DNA of 64,000 nucleotides from Selaginella moellendorffii (Eukaryota; Plantae; Lycopodiophyta): NCBI RefSeq assembly GCF_000143415.4, contig NW_003314266.1:1138463-1202462 (forward strand), read 5' to 3'. The notes beneath the pieces were generated by a model. That model saw nothing but the letters and a program-made list of their open reading frames with translations, had not been told where the DNA came from and made no database searches. This document shows, piece after piece, positions 1-10,305 of the stretch. The position numbers and the translations under genes are program-made. Numbering within the stretch: position 1 is the first letter of the stretch; the number at the start of each line of letters is the position of its first letter.

Positions 1-1526
1 CAAACTGAGCCTTGGTACTTCCCTTTTTTAAATTTCCATGTGCAAGTCTTAACTTGTAGCTGAACAGGAGTGTTTGCCATCCCCATAGTGGCTACAGCAG
101 TGCTCGCTATAGTAGTGTTCATAGTAGTTATAGCAGCAGTAACCACAGCAGTAGTAGTAGATGTAGCAGTAGCAGTAGATGTAGCAGCAGCAGCAGCAGG
201 AGCAACAGCAGTAGTAATAGCACCAACAGCAGTACCTGTAGTCAAAGCTATCTTTGGTGCTTGCGGTAGTTTTGCAGGGACATCTTCATGTGCAGCAACA
301 ACATTGTTTGCAGCATAATGTATTCGCGCTATCAAATAGTTGCATGCAACATTCCGCAGATGCTTGCAAAGAACATGTGAAGCTCCTCCATAATTGAAAA
401 CACATCCCGTGCTTGCACCAAATGGGACGATATGTTCACTCTTCGCACCCGAAATGACGTTCATGAATTTTCTCACTTGACTACAGTCTAGCGTCGAAAT
501 GAAAGCCACTAGTCGGTCTTCATAGCTGTCCATTACTTCATGTAGATCTGTCTCATTATCTATCATCAGGAATTTGATGCATTTTCCACACATCTCAGAG
601 TTCACAGCATTTAGACCAAAATGCCGGACTAAACAAGTGTACTCATTATCAGAGAGCTCAGGGCGGGCACAAATGTGGGGGATTCTACCAGACGCCTCTG
701 GTGGCTGTATCTCGGTTAAATCTGTCACAAAGAGACTGATATGCAGAGAAAGGATTGGTCTTAACGCTTTGTCCATAACTCCTCCACCGTCAATAATGAA
801 AATAATAGTCTCCGACAGATCTGTCACCCATTCGGCTATTTTCTCCATGTCCCTTCCAATTCTAGCAAGGGACTCAAGCTTGATAGGATCATGGAGGAAT
901 GTAAAGACAAGAGATGCGTAGAAAACATCAGCTGGGATGAGCTTATATTCCTGATATGGTATCAGGCATACAGGTTTTCTAGCATCAAGGCCATCTTTCA
1001 CAGCTTCTGTCCCGTCAGGGCTTAAATGCCTACCTCTGGCATTTGTACCTTCTGAAGAAGAAGAAGCACCGACTTCTTCAATTTGGCATACATTAACAGC
1101 GTCTTTCTGCAAAGACATGGCACCGACTCCATGCAGGTTAGTGTCCGTGTTCTCTACTCGTTCTGCATCTTCTGGAGCTTTTAGCTTGTCATTTGTAGCA
1201 TCAGGGCCTGAATGCCCGGTCCGAGCATGTGCTGCAGGGCAGCCTAAATGCCACAAGTGGCAAAACAATACAACTCCTAGAACCCGTTTGCCACACCCGG
1301 ACGGGCCTCCAAGAACGAGTTTCTCTCTAGTTTGCATTTTTGAGACCCTTTCTGCAACTTCTACAAATTGTTCTCGCCCCATGTATCGCACCTGACCCAC
1401 AAGATGAAATGCCGGGTATGGGAACTCAATGGGCTTGCCCGAGGGATCTGCCAGATTCTTGCCCCAGAACAAGCTGCAAATCAGATCTCCTGTCTCCCTG
1501 GAGAAGTTTAGGATCTTTTGATTCAT
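1..1526 (-). CDS. Crinkler (CR)-like P-loop NTPase protein, 3' end outside window
   Basis: Hand translation gives an uninterrupted frame from ATG 1526 to the window edge (>500 aa). Motifs: RYMGREQF (1365-1385), KLVLGGPSGCGKR Walker A-like (1284-1310), FYASLVFTFLHD, TIIFIIDG Walker B-like (789-809), CVFNYGGASHVLCKHLRNVAC, then a Thr/Ala tract. Absent from the ORF track because no stop lies in the window. Confidence 0.7.
   Translation of the reverse strand, partial: MNQKILNFSRETGDLICSLFWGKNLADPSGKPIEFPYPAFHLVGQVRYMGREQFVEVAERVSKMQTREKLVLGGPSGCGKRVLGVVLFCHLWHLGCPAAHARTGHSGPDATNDKLKAPEDAERVENTDTNLHGVGAMSLQKDAVNVCQIEEVGASSSSEGTNARGRHLSPDGTEAVKDGLDARKPVCLIPYQEYKLIPADVFYASLVFTFLHDPIKLESLARIGRDMEKIAEWVTDLSETIIFIIDGGGVMDKALRPILSLHISLFVTDLTEIQPPEASGRIPHICARPELSDNEYTCLVRHFGLNAVNSEMCGKCIKFLMIDNETDLHEVMDSYEDRLVAFISTLDCSQVRKFMNVISGAKSEHIVPFGASTGCVFNYGGASHVLCKHLRNVACNYLIARIHYAANNVVAAHEDVPAKLPQAPKIALTTGTAVGAITTAVAPAAAAATSTATATSTTTAVVTAAITTMNTTIASTAVATMGMANTPVQLQVKTCTWKFKKGKYQGSV
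70..250 (-). repeat. Trinucleotide-like (gta/gca) low-complexity repeat encoding a Thr/Ala-rich tract
   Basis: gtagcagcagcagcagca, gtagtagtag etc. Minus-strand reading: TTAVAPAAAAATSTATATSTTTAVVTAAITT. Confidence 0.85.
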
Positions 1527-1529
1527 GGA

Positions 1530-1760
1530 AGAGAAGCCTATGCGGAGTGGCCAAGCAGCAGCACCTGTCCTGTGTCGCACCCTAAGCCCTAAACCCTCTC
1601 GGTGGTGTCAAGAGGAGAGCACCTAAATCAACTTCATGGGCTCCGTGACACTGCCGCCTTTGTCACAAGCCTAGCACCTGCCGTGGATGCATCAACGGCA
1701 CGGACGCCACACTCGTTGCCCTCCTCACGACGCAAAAGCGATGCAAGGTAAGTCGTAGGG
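1530..1760 (+). pseudogene. Deleted fragment of the CR-like NTPase gene at 15.3-15.6 kb (inverted copy)
   Basis: Direct DNA similarity: ttcatgggc..ccgtgac..gccgcctttgtc..gccgtggatgcatca..cgccacactcg..ctcacgacgcaaaa.cgatgcaag|gtaagtcg matches the reverse complement of 15320-15560, including the intron donor. The Walker A codons are deleted. Confidence 0.8.
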
Positions 1761-1817
1761 TAACCCCCCAGTCCAACTTGGCCGTGGCTTGCCGTCGTGA
1801 ACGAGACCACCTCAAGT

Positions 1818-2310
1818 CTAGCAAGAACCACCCTGAGAAGCTAGCTCCTGCACGACACCTTCTCGCGACACAAATAGCCTGACCTGACCTGTAAGTATTG
1901 TTCTTTTAAGGACAAAAAGCAAAAATAACGACAAACAAGCCCTGGAATTGCGCAGCAACTTAACCCCCTGACTCACTGGTGATTCTCCCGGAAGAGTGTA
2001 GGAAAGATGGAAGCTGGCCAAGTTCCACAACTGGGCCACAACTAGGGCGGGGATGAGTACTTGGCCAGCGAGTGAATCACACCCGGACACAAAGCCACCA
2101 CCGTTCCACTCCTCGCTATCCGCTCCAGAAATAATCCTTACACATCTCTCAACTTGATTGTCTATTCTCTCTCTTGTTTCCTCTCGCTCCCGCAGAGCGA
2201 ACATGGGTTGACTTCCGAGTCTTTGAGATGGAGTGAAAATCCCAGCTGGTTCTTCAGCTCGTCGATATCGTAGTTTCCCAGCGAGGCTGTTGCTGGAGGA
2301 CCTGTGCTGC
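1818..2310 (-). pseudogene. Coding-like fragment, possibly a degenerate PD-(D/E)xK/REase-like domain
   Basis: Splice-acceptor-like ttttgcag near 2308. Frames read LGNYDIDELKNQLGF / QPMFAL..CDSLAGQVLIPALVVA..LSYTLPGE..GQVRLFV. Weak pattern match only. Confidence 0.25.
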
Positions 2311-4505
2311 AAAACAAGCTCAAGAACATCACCCAAAAAAAGAAAAAAAAAAATGGAGATCGAAAGAGAAAAAAATCACCTAAGAGTTTCTGGACTTCGA
2401 TGTCTGGGCTTGCTCTTGGTCACTGCGAATGCGAGCCCGCTGGGCCTCTTAAATCCCTCCTCGAGCGATTTTTTTCTGTCAAGAGCGACTGCAGGTCGTT
2501 CGTATACCTGGTACCGTCCTCCCTAGCTGCTCGATCCTGAAACAGCCGCTGTAAAAAGCAGATGCTGGGAATAAGTTCTCATGACGTGGCAAAGTTCTGC
2601 CACATCACTATGTAAACTAGATTGTGTCAAAGTTTTAGAAGTAGAAGCTCACTCTTCTAAGCTTCTACTTCTATATCTACTTCTAAACTTCTAAAATGAA
2701 GCACCATTCCAAAATGAAAATGTGAGGTGGAATATATAATTTTTTATGACTTTACCAGAAGTGAATGAAAGCATTGGTTTCCAAGAACTTGATGTGAGCA
2801 GTGTGACCAATGAAGGAGTTGTAGGTCCTGGCTTGCAAGGAGATGTCAAAGTTAACATCATAATATATTACAATTGTAATATATGATCATGAGATGAGTA
2901 CTACCATTGTGGATATTTAAAATTTTAGGGAATAAATAAAGATAAAATAGTTATTAAGGGCTTTTTTTACCAAACAATTGCCTTTTTCAATTAACTTAAA
3001 GGGGTGTTATATATATAGTATTAAAAAAAATGGCATAAATTTGATTTCTATTGATTAGTGGTTCCATATTGGATATCCATACGTACATCTTTCTTTTTGT
3101 GGAGTATCTATAAACAAAGGTATTCACCATAGGACTCCAATACCTATGCATATGTCCTTCTTCTTGTGCAGTATTCACAAACGAAGATATTCACTATGGA
3201 ATTCTAATAATTATTAATATGTCCAAATGTGCACTTTAGAATGTTTGGGAGAACACTCTAATCCATACAAATCTTGAATTTAAACTTTGAAAAAAGTCAA
3301 TATTTTTCAAAGTAAAAAACAATTAACCTCAATATTAACTAATTGAAAAAAAGGATGCACTCTTATTCATAGGCCCTTTTTATTTATTTATTTTTCTATA
3401 TTTGAACCCTTATAAATTGCTTTTTAGTTGTTTACACTATTATACCACTGTTATGCCATCCTTTAAAAACATGTGAAAAACTCACATAGACATTGGGCAT
3501 CATTCCAAAAATAATAGTGTAAGAAACCAAAGAAAATAACTTGAAAAACAATCTATGGAAATTCATATATAAAAGGAAAGGGTTTATGAACAAAAATGCA
3601 CTTTTTTTTCTAATTTGTTAAAGGTTTTGAAATACTTGGGGTTAAGTGTCTTTGGGTTTAAATAGCATTGGGTTAAGTGACCTCTTAAGAAGTTCAAATT
3701 CAAGAGTTTACAAATAGCTGGCAATTATTGTAAATTGATAAAACCAATGATATACATCATCCCTAAATCTTTAGAGCAATTAAACATTGCTCTTCACTTG
3801 CAACTCTAATAGCTTCTTTAGCACCAATAATAGCTTCTTACTTCTTCACTAAAGATTAGTACTCCAATAAAGCTTGATGACTTTTGATTGTTATGCAATC
3901 TAATTGATATCCATTGGACTTTTCGTGTGGGTCTGATTAGATCTCTTTTTATTTGGGGATGCCTTTTTCTTGATTCTCTATAATTGTATTTGAATTTAGA
4001 CCTTTGCACTATGAAATGGGGGAGAAGAACATATTTAAATAGCTTACAAGCACTAATCCCTATATCCAGCATTTACATGCAAAATAGTGTTAAACAAAGT
4101 TTTATAAGTTTAGTTCTAACATAAGGAGATGAGTATTGCATTGACTAGTATCAAATGGAAATTGGGCTAAGAAGTTTTGCTACAAATATACAAAAAGGTA
4201 AAGTATAACTGAGTCTATTCATACATGATACTTTAAGTTAAGTGGTAAAAATAAAAGCATAAAAAAATTTATAATACAAAAGAAAACATTATTGAAGCTT
4301 AAAATTTTATTTATATAAAAGTTATACAAGACTTTGTATGTACATTTGCTCTAGCCAAAGAGGCCCTAGATCTATCTAACACTTACCAAAAATTAAGGTA
4401 ATTTATTTTCCATAATGTCCTTTGGCTAACTCAAAGTTACAAGATATTGCCTCTTCCACTTGTAGCTACACATGCTTTAACTTCCCCTCCTATGAAGGAT
4501 GGTCT

Positions 4506-4764
4506 TGTCAAGAATCCCCCAATTCTTGCCCCATATGATTTTTGATTCTCAAACCACATTCCTAATGATGACATGGTGCCTCCTCGACTTTAGTTATATT
4601 TAGGCTATCCTAGATCTAAGAGTGGTGGAGTTTCATCAACCTATAATATATATAGGCTGGCTTTGTTCTATTTCTCCACAATCTAAATTAAGGCTAGTCC
4701 AAAGCCTCTTGTTCGTCTCTACTAGTTTTTCTCTTTGTCTCTGATCTTGTTGAGGATCTTGACA
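4506..4764 (+). repeat. 5' LTR
   Basis: tgtcaagaatccccc...tcttgaca (TG..CA), TATA-like ctataatatata at ~4641. Aligns to 9626-9872. Confidence 0.92.
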
Positions 4765-6839
4765 GTTTGATTCAGATTGTGCTTTTTTCTTTTGCTTTAG
4801 CTTGTTTTGATTGTTTGATTGCCTTTGCCTTTTTCCCCCTTTTCTTTCTTCTTTGCCGATGGAGTCTCCAAGCCATCCTGATTTCTTCACCAAAGTCCTT
4901 GCAAAAATCCAATTTGAGAATACTAAGTTGAAGGCAGCCTTTCTTCATATGTAATAGGAGCTTGCTTCACTTTCGGCTCAAGGATCAAGCAAAGTTCCTA
5001 AACCGAAGTTGAGTTTCCCGGCGAAGTTCTTAGGTAAGTGTTTGGAGCTTCACGGATTCCTGAACTAGATGGAGCTGATCTTCGCACTTCAATATTGGCA
5101 GTACCCCACTCTCAAGTCTCAAATTGGCGCAATCAAAACATTGCTCGAAGGTGTAACTTTGTCATGGTTTTCTCCTCTTCTGGAGAAGAGCATGAAAGTG
5201 GTCGTGGTTCCAAAGCTGATGGATCTTTAGTTGTTCAAAGAGAAGCTCAAAGCATGTTTTGGTGAGACAGATCGGGTTCAAGCTACCACCACAAAGATGA
5301 GACGTCTCTCTTAGGGGTCTCGTTTTGCCTCAATCTATGTTGCGGAGTTTCAACTCCTTGCCTTAGACACTTAATGGGATGAGCGGGCTCTGATTGATCA
5401 ATTTCGTTTCGGTCTCAACAACAGTGTCAAGGATTTGTTGCTCACCATGGAGGATCTAATGAACCTGTCAGATGCCATCAACAAAGTTGTTCGATGTGAC
5501 AATCGTCTTTTTGAACCTCGTCAGGAAAGTTGCCATGCCACCATTTTCCTGTCCCAGACTCAGGAATCCCAACTTGAGTTTTCGGGGCATACTCTTGAAC
5601 CTACAGCTCCGGTCTTGATGGATATTTCTGGTACTCCCCAACTTATTAGAGGGAAGCTAAGTCCTACTGAGAAGCAACATCGAGTATCTCAGAATCTTTG
5701 CCTCTACTATGCTCATCTTAATCAAAGTAGTTGTGTATCCCAAGAAGCCTTCCTGACTGCTCGAGTTCACTTTGCCTTAAGGTCCACCACTATTGCAGTC
5801 GGGAAACGACCCTGTCCAAACAGAGTAGGAGCTGTCTGTTTGGACTCCCTGAATAAAAATCACTTTTCTTCTTTATCAAGCTCCTCACCACCTTTTATCA
5901 AAGCCACCACCAATTCCTGCAACTTCTGCATCCCATGTCTCCTTTCTTTCACTGGATAATCAAGACTTAAGGTTCTGGCGCTATTAGACTCGGGTGCAAC
6001 TTCCTTCTTCATGGACACGGAATTTGCTGCCTGACATCACGTTCCTCTTTCTCCTACCATACAGGATCTGAGGGTTGAAGGCATCGGCGGGCATTTTGTG
6101 TTTCCATCTTCTGGACTTAGGGAAATGTTGCCCGTTTGAGTATACATTGGGTCCACCGTCACCAATATCGCCTTCAACATCATCAATAACAAATCCTCTT
6201 TTGTGGTGCTCGGCCTTCCTTGGTTCCAACTGCACCAACCTTAGATCTGTTGGAAGGAATTACAACTCATCTCTCCCACATCACCATCTCCCATGTTTTC
6301 CTCTACTGTTCATCGAGTCCAAATCAGGAAAAGTTCACTAAACTCAAATCAAGGTTCTGTTCCTGACTCTATGAAGTTTTCACCCTCTTTGCTCCCTATC
6401 CCTCAATAGTCTTTTCCCTCTCTTCCATCTTACACTGGACAGTATCCTTGTCCCATCATTCCATTCAGTCGTACGCCTCCTCCTATCTCCACAATCATTA
6501 TGAAATAACTCCTTCATGAAGAACTTGTTTTCCTTTTTGCTTTGCATGTTTCTTCTGTCAGTCTTCCTAAGAAGTATCATGATTTGGGGATGTGTTTGAC
6601 AAGAAAAAAGCTAGTGTACTATCTATTCATCGGCCTTACAACTGTCCCATTGATTTACAGGAAGGAGCATCACCTCCGTGGGGGCCTATCTACGGGTTAT
6701 CCCCATATGAGCTTAAGGCCCTCAAAGAGTACGTGGACAAGAACCTTGCATCGGGGTACATTCAGCATTCGCTGTCCCTGGTTTGAGCACTTGTCTTCTT
6801 TGTCAAGAGAGTTTGTGGCTAGTTATCAACTACTAAGGT

Positions 6840-7946
6840 TTGAACAAGGTGACTGTTCGGAACTGTTATCCGCTGCCCCTAATCTCGGAGCTGTTGGAAC
6901 GCCTCAATGGTGCCCGCTTCTTCACCAAGATTGACCTCCATGGAGCATACAACCTAATCCGGATCTGGCTTGGTGATGAATGGAAGATTGCATTCCGAAC
7001 CTGCTATGGCCACTTCGAGTACACTGTCATGCTATTTGGCATAACAAATGTTCTAGCAGTTTTCCAACACATGGCAAACGACGTCTTTCGGGAGTTTCTT
7101 GATCAGATGATGATCGTCTACCTCAACGACATCCTCATCTACTCAAAAACTCAGGAGGAGCACAATGAGCATGTGCGCAAGGTGCTGGTGAAGCTGCGGG
7201 AACACGGCCTATACGCGAAGCTTGAGAAATGTTCCTTTGATCAGGAGTTTGTGGAGTTCCTTGGGTACATTGTCACTTTTGAGGATATCACGATAGATCT
7301 TGCCAAAATCAAGACTATTCTCGAATGGGAGCCTCCACAATCAATGTTGGTCATTCAAGTTTTCCTTGGCTTCACCATTGATCACTACTTCGACATTATC
7401 CTTCCTCTCACGCATCTCACTCGCAAGGATGTTCCCTTCTTTTGGTCTGCTGCTGCCCAGCAGGCCTTCGACACACTCAAGGCGGCCTTCAATTCTGCTC
7501 CCGTCTTGATCCACGCTGATCCCTCACAACCTTTCTTCATCGAGGCAGACGCCTCTGACTTTGCCATTGGTGCTGTGCTGTCTCAACTCGAAGCGGATTG
7601 GGAATTTCATTCGATCACTTTCCATTCTCAGAAATTCCAGCCTGCAGAGATCAATTACAAAATCCACGACAAGGAGCTCCTTACCATCGTGGATTCCTTT
7701 GGAGAGTGGTGTCGTTTCTTGGAGGGGGCAAGCCATCAAACAGTGGTCCAGACAGATCACAAAAATCTCGAGTACTTTGCCACTTCCCGAGTTTTAAGCC
7801 GTCGTCAAGCAAGGTGGGCACAATTTTTGAGTCGGTTTGACTTTGTTATCAAGTATAAACCTGGAAAGCTTCAGGGCCTTCTTGATACTCTTTCAAGGCG
7901 CTCCTATCTCAGTCTCAGGCTTGGTAATCTTGCTTTCGATCAATAG
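6840..7946 (+). pseudogene. pol RT/RNaseH segment of the chromovirus
   Basis: RT and RNaseH motifs. Catalytic YLDD is mutated to YLND and the segment is flanked by stops. Confidence 0.92.
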
Positions 7947-9625
7947 GATTAGGTTATCCTCGGTCCTAATCAGCTTCAAGTTATGGCAATTTCCCTGGCC
8001 CCTCAGGACTCCTCCTTGATGGACGTGATCAGAAATGATCTTCAATCCGACAACCTCGCTAGTGACATTTTCCCCCATCTTCAGGCTGGACACCCAGTGA
8101 CTTCCGATTGCTGGCGATTTGATGAGTTCGAGTTCTTAGATGGTTTGTTATACCGTAAGGAGTAGCTTTATGTTCTTGAAGGTGATGCTCGAAAGTTGGT
8201 CCTGATGGCATGCCACAATAGCCCGACTGCTGGTCACTTCAGCATTGCGAAAACCTATGAGCTGGTTGCATGGGAATTTTGATGGCCTCACATGGACAAC
8301 TATATCAAAGCTTTTGTTGGTAATAGTTTTGTCTTTGATTATACAAATTATCATCACATTGATAATAATTGTTATATCTTGGAGGTTGATTTCGTGGTGG
8401 TCGCGTCTCCTTCAGGTTTGCTTCGTTCCCTCCTGGTCCCTTCAAGTCCTTGGGAATCCATCTCCATGGATTTCTTGAGTGATCTTTTGAGTTTTGGAGG
8501 CTTCAATAACATTTTAGTCGTGGTGGATTGCTTCACAAAGATGGTATACTTCCTACCGTGTACCAAGGAGTTTTCGGGCAAGGACATGGCAAAATTGGTA
8601 TTCAGGGAAATTTTCTGACTTCATAGGATTCCTGCAGATGTGGTTTCAGATCAGGGGCCTCAATTCATCTCTTATTTCTGGCAACAATTCTTGCAGCTGC
8701 TTGGAGTGAAGGCTAACCTCTCTTCGGTGTATCATCCTTAAACTAATGGATAGTCCAAACGAACAATTCAGACATTGGAATAATTCCTAAGGTGCTTCAT
8801 CAACTATCATTAGGATGACTGTTTTGATATCCTTCCCCTTGTTGAGTTCTCTTATAACAACTCCATTCACTCCTCCTTTCGAATTTCCCCTTTCTTTGCA
8901 AACTCTAGCCAAAATCCCCGATTCAATCTCTCACTCCCTTCTCTATCTAAATCCTCTCGTTCAAATCCCCGCTCTGAAGCATTTGTCTCCAACCTCTGGG
9001 AAATCCACAACTCTATCTCCTTCCATCTCCATTGTGCTCAGGAATCTTACAAAACATTTGCTAATGTCCATTGTCAAAATTGTCCCTCTTACAATATTGG
9101 GGATAAAGTTTGGCTCCTCAGGCAAAATATCTCCACCACCAGGCCATGTCCCAAATTTGATTTCAAATGCCTCAATCCTTTCTCTATCATTGCCATCATT
9201 AATCCTGTCACTTATCACCTTGCACTTCCCTCCTCATATCAAATTCACCCCATTTTTCACTCCTCTTTCCTTGAGCTTTATATTCTTAATCTTATTCCAA
9301 ATCGAGTCATTCCTCCACCTTCACCAGTGCAGCTCGAGGATAGGTTTGAGTGCGAGGTTCATGACATCCTTGATTCCAAGATCTCATGATCTAAACTCTA
9401 CTATCTAGTAGACTTGAAGAGTTACGGACCTGAGGAATGCACTTGGGAACCTACGGACAATTTGATTCATTCTCCTGACCTTGTTCAGAATTTCTACTAC
9501 TGCTATCCTTCTCGTCCCAGTCTTCATTCTTTTCATTCTCCATCTCCTGTCCCTCGACACCCATCTCATTCTCCTCTTCGTTCTCATTCACGTCCTCGTT
9601 CTACTCGTTCTTGAGGAGGGGGTGC

Positions 9626-9872
9626 TATCAGGAATCCCCCAATTCTTGCCCCATACGATTCCTGATTCTCGAACCACATTCCTGATGATGATGTAGTGCC
9701 TCCTTAACCTCAGCTATATTTAGGCCGTCTTCAAGGAGCTTCATCAACCTATAGTATATATAGGTTAGTTTTGTTCCATTTCTCCACAATCTAAATCAAC
9801 GCTAGTTCAAGGCCTCTTGTTCGTCTCCACTAGCTTTTCTCTTTGTCTCTGATCTTGTTGGGGGTCTTGACA
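9626..9872 (+). repeat. 3' LTR
   Basis: tatcaggaatccccc...tcttgaca directly after the PPT. Aligns to 4506-4764 with a 12-nt length difference. Confidence 0.92.
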
Positions 9873-10187
9873 GTCTTGTCCCAATGGCAATTAATGCTAC
9901 TGTTGCTTGTGTATGAGGATAAGGATAAGGATATTGTCATGGCTATAATGTTCGTTATTAGGTGTGTGATGAAGCTGGCCACACATATCAACAATATTAG
10001 TGTTTTCTAGATTGTTATCTTTTATTTTTGGGTGGAAGCATTAGTATCAACAATGTTTAATTAATGCTGCTATAATGGAAGCATTCGATATGAAAATCCT
10101 TTGAAGAAACAAAGAGTCATGCGATTAATGGAGGGCTCTTGTATGATTAAGTTAATAAGCCCTTCATCCTTCTTTCAACAGTACCAT

Positions 10188-10305
10188 AGCTCCGATACCA
10201 ATGTTAGGATCCTATCCCTTACACCCTAAGCTAACTAGCTAAAGGGGTGATCACTTGATTGTAAGGCCCTTTCCTTATCCTATTATCCTGACCTGGTGCC
10301 TAACA
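10188..10305 (-). mobile_element. Short (~104 bp) 5' LTR plus tRNA-Met PBS of an older minus-strand LTR element (probably Copia-like), whose decayed body extends leftward and hosts the chromovirus
   Basis: 10202-10305 is bounded by tgttagg...cctaaca. Immediately adjacent is tggtatcggagct on the minus strand (10188-10200), matching the Met-i PBS consensus TGGTATCAGAGC. Weak Copia-like remnants at ~3750-4200. Confidence 0.6.

Larger units (their letters stand above)
4506..9872 (+). mobile_element. Ty3/Gypsy chromovirus LTR retrotransposon (Tcn1/Tf1-sushi-like), full length but decayed
   Basis: Two LTRs and TSD gtct on both sides. Domains: gag (PAKF.G), protease LLDSGAT (~5980), RT YPLPLI..FTKIDL..YLNDIL, RNaseH EADASDFAIGAVL..DKELL, integrase WESISMDF, chromodomain YGPEECTWEP. 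PPT gaggagggggtg at 9613-9624. Many stops and frameshifts. Confidence 0.95.

Noticed and set aside
1284-1310. Reading the P-loop ORF as an NB-ARC resistance protein
   Set aside because: No GMGGxGKTT, LLVLDDVW, GLPL or MHD motifs and no LRR seen; the motif order fits CR-type NTPases better, though this is unverified without a profile search.
70-1585. Plus-strand ORFs 70-318, 574-921, 1117-1395, 1340-1585
   Set aside because: They are antisense shadows of the long minus-strand NTPase frame; the hydrophobic 82-aa ORF is just the Thr/Ala repeat read backwards.
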